A stretch of 64,000 bases of DNA from Utricularia gibba (lineage: Eukaryota; Plantae; Magnoliophyta): NCBI GenBank assembly GCA_002189035.1, contig CM007990.1, forward strand, positions 868,001-932,000. Direction: 5' to 3'. The stretch's first letter is position 1. Each line of letters opens with the position of its first letter. The notes beneath the pieces are model-generated. The model was not told the DNA's origin and did not search any database. It worked only from the letters and a program-made list of their open reading frames with translations. This document shows, in pieces, positions 29,708-49,620 of this stretch. Position numbers and translations under genes: made by a program.

Positions 29708-31609
29708 TTATGTGGACTTCAAGGAGCAGATGCACTTGGCCTTCGTCTCCTTGAGCGTCTGAGTAAAAGAATGGGGGAAAGGAGGAGGGAGTTGTGAGTT
29801 CTAAGGCACTGCACGTGCTGGAGGCGATAAAGGAAGGGGGTCCAGCTTGTCTGAACAGGATGGATAACAAGACAACTAGACTACTACTACTACTGCTGCT
29901 GCTGCGGCTGCGTACCTGAACTTGCATCTGAAGATCTTTAATGTACCTAACTGCCAAATCCAGCATATCGGCTGTACTTGTCTGCTGCAATAGAAAGGGA
30001 GTAACTACTGTCGGTAGCTGCTGGTTGATGAGATCAGGACTGGCGTGGCAAGGGGAACTACTCACCTTGTCCATGTTGGGGAACAGCTCCTGGAGCTTCT
30101 TCATCTTCTCGCTGATCCGGGTGCGCCTCATCTGCAAGTTGAATGCAACGGGTGAGGTGCTGCAATGGGAGAAGTTTTATGTGAGTGTGGGATTTAGCTG
30201 GGAACCCTTTCTGCAATGCTTCTTGGATGGGTGGCACACCCTCTTTTTGCACGGATTTGGCAGGGGACGACCTCTCGCTGGAACTGAAGAAACTTGAGTT
30301 TCTCAGTGTCTCCATTGTCGTTTGAGAATGTCTTTGGCAAGCTCAGATGGTGAGTCAAGCTGGGCCTCAGGCTCTTCTCAGTTTCCTCGCTCTGAGACTG
30401 AGAGTGACAAAATAAGCTGATACCAATAGGAAACCAACGAGGAGAACACACTACTCACCTGATTATAAGCAGTGAACATCTTCAGATTACCATCGTGGTC
30501 TCTTTTCAAGTCACTGAACAGAGACTCACTCCAGGAGCCTTGTGACAGGGAGGCCTCAAACTCTCTGCTAGTACCGTTCCTGGACTGCTGGTCTTCCATG
30601 CTCCGATTCTCTGGTATGCTGGGCATCACTCTCAAGCTTGAAGATGGGCATGGGGAGTAGTTCAGGTGGTTGCTACTGACCCCACTGACCACAGACTTAC
30701 TTCTGTAGTTCCCCAGTTCTTCACCCTTCACTGCAAATCCTGATGCACCAAGGAAAGCCACTATCAGAGAGATCATAACAAGGCAACACAGGACATATTT
30801 AAGGTGTGGAGGAATCCTTATCAGTAACTTAACCAGAAAAGTTCACATGATGTAAGGAGAATCTCTGCACTTTTAAGAGTGTATTTAGAGTTTGCAACAA
30901 GGTGCTTCTCCTTGTAATCCATAAAAAAAAAAACAACAAACAAACTATGCACCATTTTCCCAGCAAAGAACCCGGCTTTCCAGTTCATGCCATTTTTGAA
31001 TCTTGTAACTACTAAATCCGATGGTTTAACTGTTGATCGAACTAGCAAAAAGGGCTTAAAGAGAGATTAGGAAAAGAGTGATGATGAGCACTAGATCATA
31101 CCATTGAAGACTCCAGCAGGCGAACTACTCTGCCTTACAAGATTTGTAGATCCAGCGATGCGGTTTCCAGTACTCATACTCACCTGAACTTGGTTCTCCA
31201 TCCCCAGAGTGTAAGATCCGACGACAGAGCCACCACCGCCGCCGGGTGGCGTGATTTCGTAACCGGAAATCCCCTGCTTTGTCTGAAACTGCATATCATC
31301 ATCACTCCCCTTGTGGTTCAGATCAAGAGGGCCAGTCCAAATCGCTGAATAGAGAGCTTCAGATTCATCCCCGCTACTGTTAACATCCGGCGGGGGGTCC
31401 AAAAGTGCACCAAGAAACGAACTTGGCGCCGATCGGTACCGAGCCAAACCAGGGCTCTGCTGGAACAAATCCGGACCCACAAACTCCCTACTCTTCAAAA
31501 GTTGAATCTCTACCTGCTGATTCGCAGACGAATTAGAAGCAATAAAACTGCCAACCCCGCTGTTACTTCTGCTTATACTCATCTCGGGAACAAACCCCAG
31601 AACTCCCAA
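29708..31609 (-). CDS. bHLH transcription factor, subfamily IX (bHLH130/FBH4/bHLH122-like); 6 exons
   Basis: GLARYRSAPSSFL and LVRQSSSPAGVF in exon 1. LTHHLSLPKT; VPCQIRAKRGCATHPRSIAER/MRRTRISEKMKKLQELFPNMDK/QTSTADMLDLAVRYIKDLQMQVQ/TLKETKAKCICSLKST*. Confidence 0.9.
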
Positions 31610-34600
31610 AACGCTTCAATCACCCAACAACATCCCCTGAATCCTCAAATTCGCAGAAACGGGAGATGGGTACCTGGGTTGTTGAAAAAACTACAAACTA
31701 GAAGAGAAAAGCAAGCAGGAAGAAGAAGCATGGGGTGTGGAGGCAGCACAGATTGGGTTGCTATTTCTGGATAACCACAGAAATGGAAAAAACACACAAG
31801 CCTGAAAAGGCAAAACCTTGAAGCAACCCCATCTGATAAAACTCACGCAGCAGCACTATTTATCCCACAATGGACGAGGAATTTCCTGCGCCCTTATCAT
31901 TCAGCTTTAACCCCTTTTACTCCCAACACACACACACACACGCACAAAGTGTCGGGATCCAGCCTTTAACGGTCCCACTCTAATTTACCAAAACACCCCT
32001 CCCCTTCCTCTTTTCAATTATATATTTTGACTTTTCACTCCTTTTTCTCAAGTCACCACATTACTTTTTCCCAAGGTTTAAATTTTCACAGAAATTTATT
32101 ATTTCCTTTTGGATCCATACTCATTAATATTATATTTAACAATTTATCATCTTTTTATACAATATTATCTGCTTGAAATATTTAAATTTTACGATTTCAT
32201 GTTTTTTTCTTTGAAAAAAATATCTATTATAAAAATAACAAATGTAACAACACATCTTATGATTTGTACGATAATATTCACTTCAAACATCTAATTTTTA
32301 TGATTTTATATTCATACCTTATAAACAAATTGTTTAATATAAGATTTAAAAGATAATTCTATATAAATTATCTTTTTTTTTTTACATTCGTGATCAATAT
32401 AAGTAAAATTTATACCCTTACTTTGATCAAACTCTTCCACTCCCCCCTTAATGTCTTCGTTGAAACTCATCCCACCATGGATTACATGCATTCATCTATC
32501 TCTAATACCAAAATTATTATAAAAAGTAAAATTTATATACCGATTAATATAAATATGCTAAAACAATGTATTTGATGACTAAATATATCTAACTATTTTA
32601 TTTTCAAAGAAAATATTATAACCTTTTATTTTCCTAATTTTAGGAGTCAATATTTTGGAATTATGAGGGGCAAATGTGTAACTAACCAGCCCCTTTTACC
32701 TCTTTCTAATCACCTTTTTTTTTACCTTTTTAGGATGGGGTGTGCTACTCAGAGCAGTTTATTTGTATTATTTTTATACACACGAGAAATTAAATGACGC
32801 CTTCGTCAACTCTGGTAAGTTAATAGTGATTTTGACCGCGGGCTTCGCAGTTAATTTTTAGACTCACTCCCATTTTTGACTTCTTAAACCACAAAAATAA
32901 CCATTTTTCGCAGTAAGTCTTCCATTTTTCTCATTAAATGATTTTTATAATAATTTAAATTGAGTTAAAATTCATTATAAAAATTAAAAATATTTATCCA
33001 AAATTAGTATTTCTTAATTTTTTATTTTTATAAAAATTATTAAATCGAATCTAAAGATATCATGAATTTGAGTTGAATCAAATAATTTCGAACAAATATT
33101 CACTCATGACCCGTATTTTTATATAATGATTATATAATTAATATAACTATTTGGATTATTTTCTGTATATATTAAATTACAAAATTTTAAATCAAATATA
33201 TATGATAATTAATCATTATTTAAAAACACCGCATTCAAATTTGATCAGATCTTTAGTTTGTATGCAAATAAATCGCATTTACATGTAATATTTAAATTAA
33301 ATTAAAATTTAAAATCTAATGAGTTTTGATTATGTTTCAAGTGGACTTACAAAAATGGCATAATCTATATGTTAATTAATAATAAGGGGTTATATTTTAA
33401 TACTTTTGGAATAAATTCTCAAATTGAATTTTTAAAATGAGTTGAATTTCTCTAAGTTTAAAAGAAATTTAAAATTAAAAATGTAAAATTATAAGTTAAT
33501 TAACATGAAGTTTCAGGTGTAATTCTAATGACACAAATCTCCACTAAAATAAAATGGTCATTCAAGAAATAAATCAAAAATAAAATGAGAAAAATCAAAA
33601 TGTTCAATTCACACATTTTGAATGTAAGTATTATTTTGAAAATTAAGATTTTAAAATTTCTCATTTTAAAATAATAACAAACAAAAGATATTAAAAAAAA
33701 TTAGTGTGAGATGAAGGGAGATAATATTACTAATAATAGATACATGTGCCATGATGGCTTCCATACCTCACTTTCCTTAATTATTAGCATCATCATCTTT
33801 CTATTTATAGCTTTACAGCCATATGGTTCTTCAACCAATCATTATCACCCTCATTGATACAACAATAACACAAGATTAAGATGCTCTCTTGGACAAAATT
33901 TTAGGCATGGTCTCTCTGTATGATACTCATTCTCACTAATTGTCAATTATATTTTTTTTTCATGTTTTAAAAATAAATTGAATTCATTTTTCAATTTAAT
34001 CATACATTTGGATTGAGTAGTTTTATAATGAATTAAATTGGTTTCAATAAACATGAATTATTTGAAAAATAAAAATTATTTATTTATTATGGAAAATGGA
34101 AATTAAATTTGGGCTGGTTTTCTTTTTGAAAAAAATAGCGAAATATGTTTTTCACTTGTAAAACATTTAAATAACTATTTTAATTTGGTTTTTCAAAAAT
34201 AGTCTTTGTGATTTTTCCTAATATTCTCAATATATTTATTAAATATTTATTTTAAGTATATATTTTTAATTTTAATGATGTGATGTGATGTTTATTTAAA
34301 TATAAATAATTATTTGTTAATGTGTAAAAAAACTGGATTTTTAGCCGGATATTTTCGGGTACTCGAGGATGATTTTTGGAAAATAAATAATAGTTTGAAA
34401 AAAAAAACCAATAGAGGGGAAGGAGAGAGATTTCGAAAATTTCAGGGTGCGGCGGCGTAAATTGGAGAAACCCCAACGAGGCTCGCGCCGCCGACTTCTA
34501 CGGCGTTTCTGCTGGATTCTTGTTCTACGTAGGGTTTTCTGGTGGATCATTTCGTGATAAACTTGCTGTTGAATGAACTTGTGGGAAATTCTACTTCGTT

Positions 34601-34642
34601 CTCGATTCGGGGGCCTCTAGTTTCATTTAGACTGCCTGCAGC

Positions 34643-37600
34643 ATGGGAGGATCGAAGGTCCAGTTCAACAAGGCGCATAAAACCAGATTTGCTTCGAAGT
34701 CTTCCCGCAATGTTCACAGAGTTTCTTCAAAAGGTTGCTTTTTCTCCCCTCTGTCATTGTTTATCTTGTGCCTTGCTCTTGTCATTCAGTTCCTAACGAT
34801 CGCTATGAATCAAAATTCTTTGTATTCTCTTCCAGATAAGGTTAAGACATCAAAACCTGCGCATAATGTGATGAAAGGAGCCAGGGATGCTAGAAAGCAA
34901 CGGAGCAAAATGGTACCTTTATTTTGATTTACGAGTGATTCTTTTTTCTGTGGAGGAGTTATGAAAAACCCAGTTTCACAATTTTTTTTCGGTGTGAGAA
35001 ACAGGTTTTGTGTTTTCTGGAACACTTATTGTAATCAAATTCCCGAAAATCACTAACTAGCGTTTTGTCGGGGTCCCGTAATTCCCAGTTGATGGAACAG
35101 AACAGGGCTGCTGTTTTAAAAGCTAAAAGAGAAAATTCAGGAGCATCAAGTCCGCCTCGCATTATTGTGAGTGCACTTTCTTCATTAAATAGGAAAGGCA
35201 CACTATTTGTCTCTTATCTGTGTTGAGTGTGGTAGGTTCTTTTTGGCCTTTCTGACTCTGCGAACTTGGACGCTCTGGAAAGTGACATGTTATCGCTGTT
35301 GTCTGGAGATACAAGTGGTGCTGCTCTCCCGACTATCGTTGCATCTGCAGAGTACAAACTCAGAGCAAAGGTGCATTATTATTTATCTCTTTCCTGGCTT
35401 TGACAGATGAATCTATAGGGGATGCATTTTTTTTATTTGACTGCTCACTGTTTCTAATTCTTCTGCGACAGGTTATGAAAGCACCACATGGCGATTTGTT
35501 AACGTGCATGGAAATGGCAAAGGTGATATACTGCTTGTTCGTTTTGTTTTTCCACGATGCATGGTTTGTCTTTGCTCTTCTTTTTTATATATGCTGTGAA
35601 CACCTGCCCTTTGTAGGTTGCTGATTTAATTGCTTTTGTGGCATCTCCTAATTACATAAATGAAGATGGCAAATCTGATCACATCATTGATTCATTTGGA
35701 TTACAATGTCTTTCTGTCCTGAGGTCACTTGGTTTACCCAGTACGGTTGTACTTATTCGTGTATGTTCACCATTCCAACCTATCATTTATTTAATTTCAT
35801 TTTCCTCTTGAAGAATTTGACAAATGTTTACTGTTTCCTGTATGATGTATTCAGGATCTTCCTGATGATTTTAAACGAAAAAATGAACTCAAGAAAATGT
35901 GCATGTCTACACTTGCTTCTGAATTTCCAGATGATTGCAAATACTACCCCGCTGATAAGAAGGATGAATTGCATAAGGTAGTTAATTTTAACTCAACCGA
36001 CTGGGCCGTTTGTGTTCACCTTTTGGTCTCACCAGTTCATCTTTTGTAATTATTTGCCAACGTATAAAGGGCTTATGGCTCATATGACACTACTTATTTC
36101 CTCGTACTTTCTAGTTCATGTCTCTTTTCAAGGAGCAGAGGCTTAAAACTCCACACTGGAGACACCATAGGTCATACCTCATTTCCGAGAAGGTATTTCT
36201 ATTAGTTGGATCTGTCAATTCTCAAAGAAACAAAGACATTGTTTTTCCCTGGGGTTGGGGATACTTTTATAACAGTGTTTCTAGTTTTTTGTTGTATGCG
36301 CTGCAGGTTATTGAAGCCAAATCATGCGGTTCAGAATCAAACATACTTGTTCTAACTGGATATTTACGTGGATATAGTCTATCTGTGAATCAGTTGGTGA
36401 TTATTCTGCCTTTTCACATATTTTTCGGTGCGAAATTTTATTTTTAACGTAGTCTTTATTTTAGGTACATATTTCTGGGGCAGGTGATTTTCAGCTGTCC
36501 AAAATTGAACTCTTGAATGATCCGTATCCACTTAATGCATATAAAAGAATGGATGCCATGGATACTGAAAGTAATGATCAGGTATCCTTCATTTACGTCT
36601 TTGGGTCAATCTGTGAGCTGGCTTCTTTATGTAGTTTCATTTTTATTTTTTGGAAAATTTCAACCTTCAATTCAGTTGGACTACCAGGAATACTTATGCG
36701 TTAATTTTCACTTTACAGGTTATTAGATGCCTGACACCTGACCCTCTGAAGCAGGAGGAATTAGTTGTTGAAAATGTACCTGATGTATTGGCTGGAGAAA
36801 AGGTATGCATTAACAATTTTGTATGCACAACATTGCGTTGTCTTGATTTTACATCGCTACCTGAATTATAGTTTTGATCTTTATCCCTCAAGATTGCTGA
36901 CCTTAAATTGGTTTGTCGGCTGGTCATATTATTTGACATGGCCTAATATAAGTTGAGTTCTTGAGGTTTTTACTCGTGCTTAATATAATTAGACATGGCC
37001 TACGGAGGAAGAAATGGCTGAAGCTGACAGAAATCATGATAAGAAGAAAAAAAAGAAGGCTTTGGGGGTTTCAGAATACCAGGTGAAATATATGTATTCA
37101 CAAACTTTTACAATATTCAGAAGGAAGGAATAGAATCGCAAGTGTTACTTACTGCTCTGTGGCATTATCCAGGCCGCATGGATTTTGGATGAGTCTGATG
37201 TTGATGATTCTGATAGTGACGAAGTAGCAGATGATAGTATGGTTCTGGATGATGAAGAAAATAACTTTCCCGCCCAAAAACGCAACTATGACCATGAGTT
37301 TGATGATGATGAGGCTTCTCTGAACCTCAGGGATTCTGATGAAGAATCTGAAGCGGGTTCTGTTGTGATGGTATGTTGTTTCTGCTTGCTTTTTCTTTAA
37401 CCATTTTGCTGCTTTCATGTTGACTTGTTCCGTGGGATCTTAGTGAATATGTTGTGGTTTATATCATTTGCTCTTGTCATCTTTATGCCATGATGGCTAA
37501 TTTTTTTTCAACGATTAAGCCAACAATCAGGTTAGGCTACATATGCGGCAAAGCTTCTTTTGTTTAATATATCATATTTTTATCCATGTTTCAGCAAGAT

Positions 37601-39288
37601 GATGACTTAACTAGAGAGCAGATAGAGGAGAAGATTCGAAAAATAAAAGATGAACATAGTGAAGACAAGGGTAACATCCTTTTGCGTTTCATGCCTTTTG
37701 TTGTTCATAAGCTCTCTAATGTATTACCAGTATTTTCATAATTAAACTGACCATGTTTCCACGTTTTGTTTTTTGGTAATGAAGAATTTCCTGATGAAGT
37801 AGACACTCCATTAGATGTTGCTGCAAGACAACGATTTGCCAAGTACAGAGGTGTCAAATCCTTCAGAACCTCAACATGGGACCCCAAAGTATGATCTTCT
37901 TTTTGCATTTCCTGTTTTTCATATATAGATGCTATTTATGTTGATTGAATAAATGACTTTCTAGGAATCTCTGCCCCTGGAATACGCCAGGATATTTGCA
38001 TTTGATAATTTTGCGAGGACAAAAAAGCATGTCCTCGCCAAAGCCCTTGAAATGGAGAAAGACGTTAATGAATGCATACCAACTGGCTCCTATGCAAGGC
38101 TTTACATTAAGGGTGTAACTGCTGATGTTTCATCAAAGTTAGTTGCATTGGCAGAGACAACGCCAATAATAGCATCTGGGCTTTTACAGCATGAATCCAA
38201 AATCTCTGTTCTCCATTTCAGGTTCCTAACTTTGCTCCAAGGCTTCAATTTTTCTATACTTGCTTTTTAGTATATCTCTGACCGCATTATTTCTATCTGT
38301 AGTGTAAGGAAGCATGAAACTTACAGTGCTCCCATTAAATCAAAGGATGAGTTTTTATTTCATGTTGGATTCCGCCATATTATTTCAAGGTCAGCTTGCT
38401 AAAGCTTTTTCAAAAAATGGATTTAATTGCTAAAGTTTTACTCATAGGACTTGGTTTCGTCATCTGATTTTCAGGCCAATATTTTCTTCCGATAGTATCA
38501 ACTCAAACAAGCATAAAATGGAAAGGTTTCTTCATGAAGGGAGTTTCTCAGTAGCCTCGATATATGCTCCTGTTTGCTTTTCTCCTGTTCCTGTAATTGC
38601 CTTGAAAATCCAAGAAAAAGCAGCTCCAGTTTTAGCTGCTGTTGGCTCGTTGAAAAGCGTGGATCCTGACAGAATTGTTCTTAAGAAAATCATTTTAACT
38701 GGGTAAGACATCGTTTGCCATGCATCTTTGTGTCAATGATAGCGAAGGTTCATGTGTCCTTTATTAACAGCTCATCCTTGGTATGCTAAGACTGAATGTG
38801 GAACGCAGTTTACTATTCATCGATTAAGCCATGTCTGAAGATTCAGATGAGCTACTGATTCATCATTACATTAACTCTTTTGACAGTTATCCTCAGCGTG
38901 TGTCCAAATCTAAAGCTACTGTGAGGTACATGTTTCACAACCCAGAAGATGTGAGGTGGTTCAAGGTAGGCAATCATGCTTTTTTATGGTGAGACTCCCT
39001 CTTGGGCTCCTTGAGTAATATGATTGATGTGGCTGCAGCCCGTTGAACTTTGGACAAAATGCGGTCGCCGTGGTCGCATCAAGGAATCCGTGGGAACACA
39101 TGGTATGTCAATCCATCCGGCAAGATGTAAAACGAAGAGAGAAACTAATATGTTTGTTCTCAGGTGCAATGAAATGCATATTCAACGGCGTCGTTCAGCA
39201 GCACGACACAGTTTGCATGAACTTGTACAAGCGCACGTATCCAAAGTGGCCACAGCGATGGTTTCCCTTGCAGGCTCCAACCACATGA
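34643..39288 (+). CDS. TSR1: Pre-rRNA-processing protein TSR1 homologue (BMS1/TSR1 family), multi-exon
   Basis: [22 protein letters not shown]; [29 protein letters not shown]; [13 protein letters not shown]; [12 protein letters not shown]; [14 protein letters not shown]; [34 protein letters not shown]. Confidence 0.92.
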
Positions 39289-40469
39289 GCCTGGCACATG
39301 GATGCAAAATGATTCATTCTTGGGAATGAAGCGTTGGTTCAGATTGGCATACGATGGAGGAGCTGTCTCCTGCCGCAGAATCACAGTTTTGATTGATAAC
39401 AGTTTCTATTGTTGTGGTCACTTCCTTTTAGTGGGCTGTTTAGTTGTTTATTTTGTGTCTGCACTGGCCTTGTTACTGCTACTATCCACTTGGCTTGTTC
39501 AGTGTCTACGTTTCAGGTGCTTTCTTTCATATTTTTGTACTACATTACTTCATTAGTCACATGGCTGATTGGAGGTGGAGCCATACATTAGAGGTGGAGT
39601 CATGCATTACAGGGTAACTATGAAGACAGCCTTAAAGATCGCCAAGGAATTCTTGTGCCCAAGATCAAACCAAATGAAATCTATTCACATCTCTTTGGAG
39701 ATCAGTAATGCTAAAGATTAGAATTTTTTTATGACAAGCTAACATGAACAGGTTGTACATGGGGGATAACATGATGGTTAGACGGACACAGGCAGAGATA
39801 GGTAAGAGACTTCACTTATTCTGGTTAATCTAAAACATAAAGTCTAATTCTTGTTCTTGTTGAAATTGGATAAGTGAAAGTTACTTTCTTATCATTCAAT
39901 GAGCATCTTAGATTTGTGTTTGGTGCGATCAGAGTATTGAAATAATGGATCATTTCATGTTTGCATGTATCTTGTTAAATTGTCTATGGAGATGTAGATT
40001 GGATTGGTGACATCTTAACAGGTCAATCATATATATCTATCTCAACATGAGACTCATTTTGTCCAAGTTGAATTCAATCAAAAAGTCAAACAAGCATAGT
40101 TTTCTATCATTATTTCTATGGTGTGGCATATATGGCAACTATGAAATAAGAAGCAGTTCAATGAACAAAGCAATGGAATCGTGGAAATGATCAAAAAGAG
40201 TTTATACTTCATACAAAGTGAGTTCATGTCACAGTTACAAACAAGAGAGAACTTCAACATGATCCCTATTAATGATTGGTTGAGAGGGCAATGGAAAGAA
40301 CTCCCCCTCCAAACCTAATGGGTATTGGTTTCAAATTTGACAGGTTAATAGAGGCTAAAATATAGAAAGATGTCGTTAACGGTGAAAAGAAACATTCTAG
40401 TTTTTCTACTAACTGTAAAAAAATACAAAAAAAAAAAACTTTATTATAATTTGTTACACCGAATCTTGT

Positions 40470-42114
40470 TCAGAGCTGAACCTTTTCTAAATCTGATCGG
40501 AATTTGAACACGCTTGGGAAGATCATGTCCAGTTTCACTTTTCTTGAGCTCTGATCTTGTAAATTCTGAAACACCACCTGATACACTCCCCTCAAGAAGA
40601 CGATCCCAGCATTGTACATGCCCTCAACACTCAGGTTGCTATATCCATCAAGCTCTTTCCTCTTCACTTGTATTCCCTTACCCCATCTCCACTCTTTCAG
40701 GAACCATATATCCATCAAATCCTTCTTCGGGGAGAGAACTCCGACCATCCCTTCCTGCTCCACCAACTGAAAATTAAATTCTTTCCTCGGTAGAGCTACC
40801 CTCGTATACGACTCCGTGGCAACATCGAAAGCTATAACACTTATGCATGTCAGCCAATACAGCCGAGAGCCCATGGAAATACACGGCTGCGGATCCCACG
40901 CACCTTCGTGTCTGAAGTCCAAGTCCGGCCCTCGCCTCCATCGCCATGTCTCCGAGTCGAAAATCTCGCACATCTGGCGGTTATAGCTATAGAAGGAATG
41001 AGGCATCTTGTAAGTATTGGGCCTCGCATCAATCGACAACCGCACAATCCGATACTGCAGCGGACTCAAACTGAGCACGACGAGCCCCACCTTCTTCGTC
41101 CAATACCGGAGTTTGGGATTCGGAATCGGCCTCCATTGCTGAGCCGCCGGCTTCCCAATGAAGTACCTATCGTAAATCCAACACCAAAACCGACAAAATG
41201 ATCAAGACTATCTCTGGTACGTATACTTATTCTACAATTACTTGTTTGATCGGTGTGTTTAGTTATTAATGAATTTAAATTATTTAAATTTAACTAAACC
41301 CAAATATATGTGTATAAAAATACCTATACCCCCACTTGAGTATACATATATTTATAACTAAGAATATTATATAGATATAATGATTATTACTTATATATAG
41401 AATATAAATATACCTACACATCAAATAATACAATTTTATTAAACCCATCATAAATTAACCTTATAACTTCATAACAAACAAGGTCTAAAGGATTTTTTAA
41501 TCACTTAGGCTATGTTTGATTAGTGTGTTTAAATGTTGATGGATTTAAATTATTTAAATAGATAAATTCAAAAATATGAGTATAAAAACATACATACCCT
41601 TTTAGATATATATATATTCATATATAATGATATTATATGAATATAATATCACAAATCAATCTTACACCTTCATATCAAATAAGTTATTACGATTAAATAA
41701 GCCTATAAAAAACATTATTTCATATAAACTAATTAAACTAGATTTCAATTATAAATACGAAATTCCACACCTCTTATTCAATACTAAATTTCAAACATAC
41801 CTCGGCTTCCTCCATTCTCTGGTAACACCACACACGAGCCCCTGGCTGCATGCCGCCAGTATCTGCATATCCCCAAGGAACTCCATCGAATTCGGGCTGC
41901 TTTTACAAGGTGACACAAATCGTGTGCGTCCATTTTCATTCAGCAAGTACCCGGAGATGATCCCCGTCTTCTCGCACAACTCCGACATGAAGCATGTTTC
42001 GTTGATCATCTTCTTCCACTCCTTGGACACAACTTTGCATGTGTCCAGCGTTTGCAATGTTGTGACTCGGGATAAAATCTCGTATTCGATATCGGAAGGC
42101 GTACTAGAATCCAT
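40470..42114 (-). CDS. F-box protein with F-box-associated domain (copy B), two exons separated by a 634-nt phase-2 intron
   Basis: Exon 1 42114-41801, intron 41800-41167 (GTATGT...TTACGATAG), exon 2 41166-40470. Splicing restores the frame (..WRKP-R-YFIGKP..), collinear with copy A. Confidence 0.85.
41240..41800. mobile_element. Two tandem, mutually homologous Tourist-like MITE copies inside the F-box B intron
   Basis: Copy 1 is about 41240-41485 (CTTGTTTG...CAAACAAGGTC then TAA). Copy 2 starts near 41507 (TTA then GGCTATGTTTG). Shared interior ATTTAAATTATTTAAAT and GTATAAAAA. The right end of copy 2 is ambiguous (about 41735 or 41801). Confidence 0.55.
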
Positions 42115-42346
42115 GAAATAATTATAATGATACAAAAAACATGCAATATATACTGAAGTATAATGTATGTATTTATAAAATTGAAAATATTAAAAATTCA
42201 AAGATTGAATACATATGTTATTTCATGGGTATTATTTAACTTAACTTTTGATTAACATAAACTACTATAACATAGTTTTTTAGGGAATTTGTTATAGTGT
42301 TTTTTAATTTGCTTATAATTATTAATAAAATATTAAAAATAAAATT

Positions 42347-42348
<2 letters not shown>

Positions 42349-42378
<30 letters not shown>
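42349..42378. repeat. (AAT)10 microsatellite
   Basis: Seen directly. Confidence 0.85.
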
Positions 42379-42969
42379 TTGATAATCCCACTTTAAAAAA
42401 TTGGAGAAAATTACAATAACAATACTTTAAATTTTAATTATTATTAAAAATCTAACATTCAAGTTTCAAAATTATAAAAAAAAAATAATTCAAATTATCA
42501 AAATCACACAATAAAAATTTAAATGGTTTTCAAAAATTTTAAAAAGTAAATATATTCACGATATCATAAATCAGCTCTCATTTCAAACTCAATAGAATTT
42601 TGTATTAGGATTTTCGTATTCACATCTAAAGTTTGGTAAATTAAATGATAGCCATGTTAGGATTATATTTTATTTGTATCTCATATGATTTAAAGTGATG
42701 ATGATGATTATATCACATTTATGTTTATAAAAAAAGATAATTTAAAGAGTTGATGACATAATTTTAAAATTTGAAGGTTTAATTTATTTATATCCATTGT
42801 AAGTTGAGATGATGTCACCAAACCCCACCTTTCTCAATTGTTTATGAAAAGTAAGTAAATATTATAATTATTAATTAATTTTAAAAGAGTAAAAATTATA
42901 ATAATATGATAATTCCACGCAGAAGTTACTAGAAGCAGAGCAGTGATCAGATGGCGACTCCGCCGCTTG

Positions 42970-48397
<5,428 letters not shown>

Positions 48398-49620
48398 TTA
48401 ATGTTCTAGAAGATACCACTCCAATTACTGAGTTTTCTGCATTGACAACAACAGAAAGAGTAAGTACAGATGATGAAAAAAGAAGTTTCATTAGAAGTTT
48501 TCGATGACAACATACTTCTCCAGAGCAAAAAGAAACTAATCAAGCGAGTGGGTGAACTAGTGCCTATGAATCATTTGATCCATAATAGAAAAAAGATTCA
48601 CGCTGACAGTTGCATTTAACACAACTCTCGTAATTCGGGCTTCAAAGAACAATGCGAGTTATAGAAGTGACGAAGGACATTACACTGATCACCAACCTAA
48701 CGTCATCTTCTTCCTTGAGAGAAGATTAAAATGAAATGAACACGAAATAATGCGACTTAAGTCCGAATTCCAAAGATCACCCCAAGGACAGAACCAAGTT
48801 TGGTACAGGAAAAAAGGGGGCCATATTTCACATCGCAGCCCATTCATTCACTTGCAGTTCCTAGCAATCTAACACACCATAAAATCAATAAAACACGGAC
48901 TCTGATGATGAAAACGTAATGGGAAATTCGGATATGCATGCCACTGAGTGAAACACCCATCAATTTACCTTTTAGACTAGCCACGATAAACCCCTTTTAA
49001 ACAAAGGGCCAGTACTGCATAAAACTCACAGCTTTATTTCAATCATCCAAGCAATCTTTTACAAAAGAAGCAATATATGGTCCTCAGATTTCTTTCAGGA
49101 TCACGAAAGGTAAAATGGCCCCCGGTGTCATTTTTTTGTTGGGACCCTTCGCCTTCTATTCATTTTCTATCTTTTCCTCAAACCCATCCAAATGACTGAT
49201 CTTCGGTGTCATGCTACTCACATGGTCCGAGGAGTGTTTTATACGTAAGTTCCACATGAGAGTGTCCTTTTATCTATTAACTATCCAAAAATATTCCATT
49301 TTTTTCAAAATCTTCCATATCTCCAAAACTATATATACGAGAAGGATCATTTTGATCTTTTAGAACGATTTCAGGAGGGGTACCTGTCTTGGTGTTGTTG
49401 AAATGTGTGAGGCTTCTCATGCTCATTTTGTTGGAATTTTGCTCAATATTACTACACTGTTCGTTTTCTGAGTTTCCTCAACTTGTGCCATCTGTTCAAT
49501 GAAGAAGTTTGCATTTTTTCAAGCGAAATGGCATTTACAGATCTCTCACTTTACATAACTTTATCAGAAGAGAAAAATGTGAATTTTTTAGTTGATGAAA
49601 TGGGGTGATTTCAGAGGTTG

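Noticed and set aside
32050-34330. Long AT-rich spacer as a transposon or hidden gene
   Set aside because: Only short low-complexity ORFs are present and I could not pair TIRs. TE remnants are likely but cannot be delimited by eye.
40470-42135. F-box copy B as an insertion-broken pseudogene (two separate ORFs in the track)
   Set aside because: The insert has GT-AG ends and its removal restores the frame exactly, so it is treated as an intron pending RNA evidence.
42403-42917. Possible Mutator-like element between F-box B and beta-galactosidase
   Set aside because: Similarity between the ends is weak and explainable by AT-richness, and no TSD was found.
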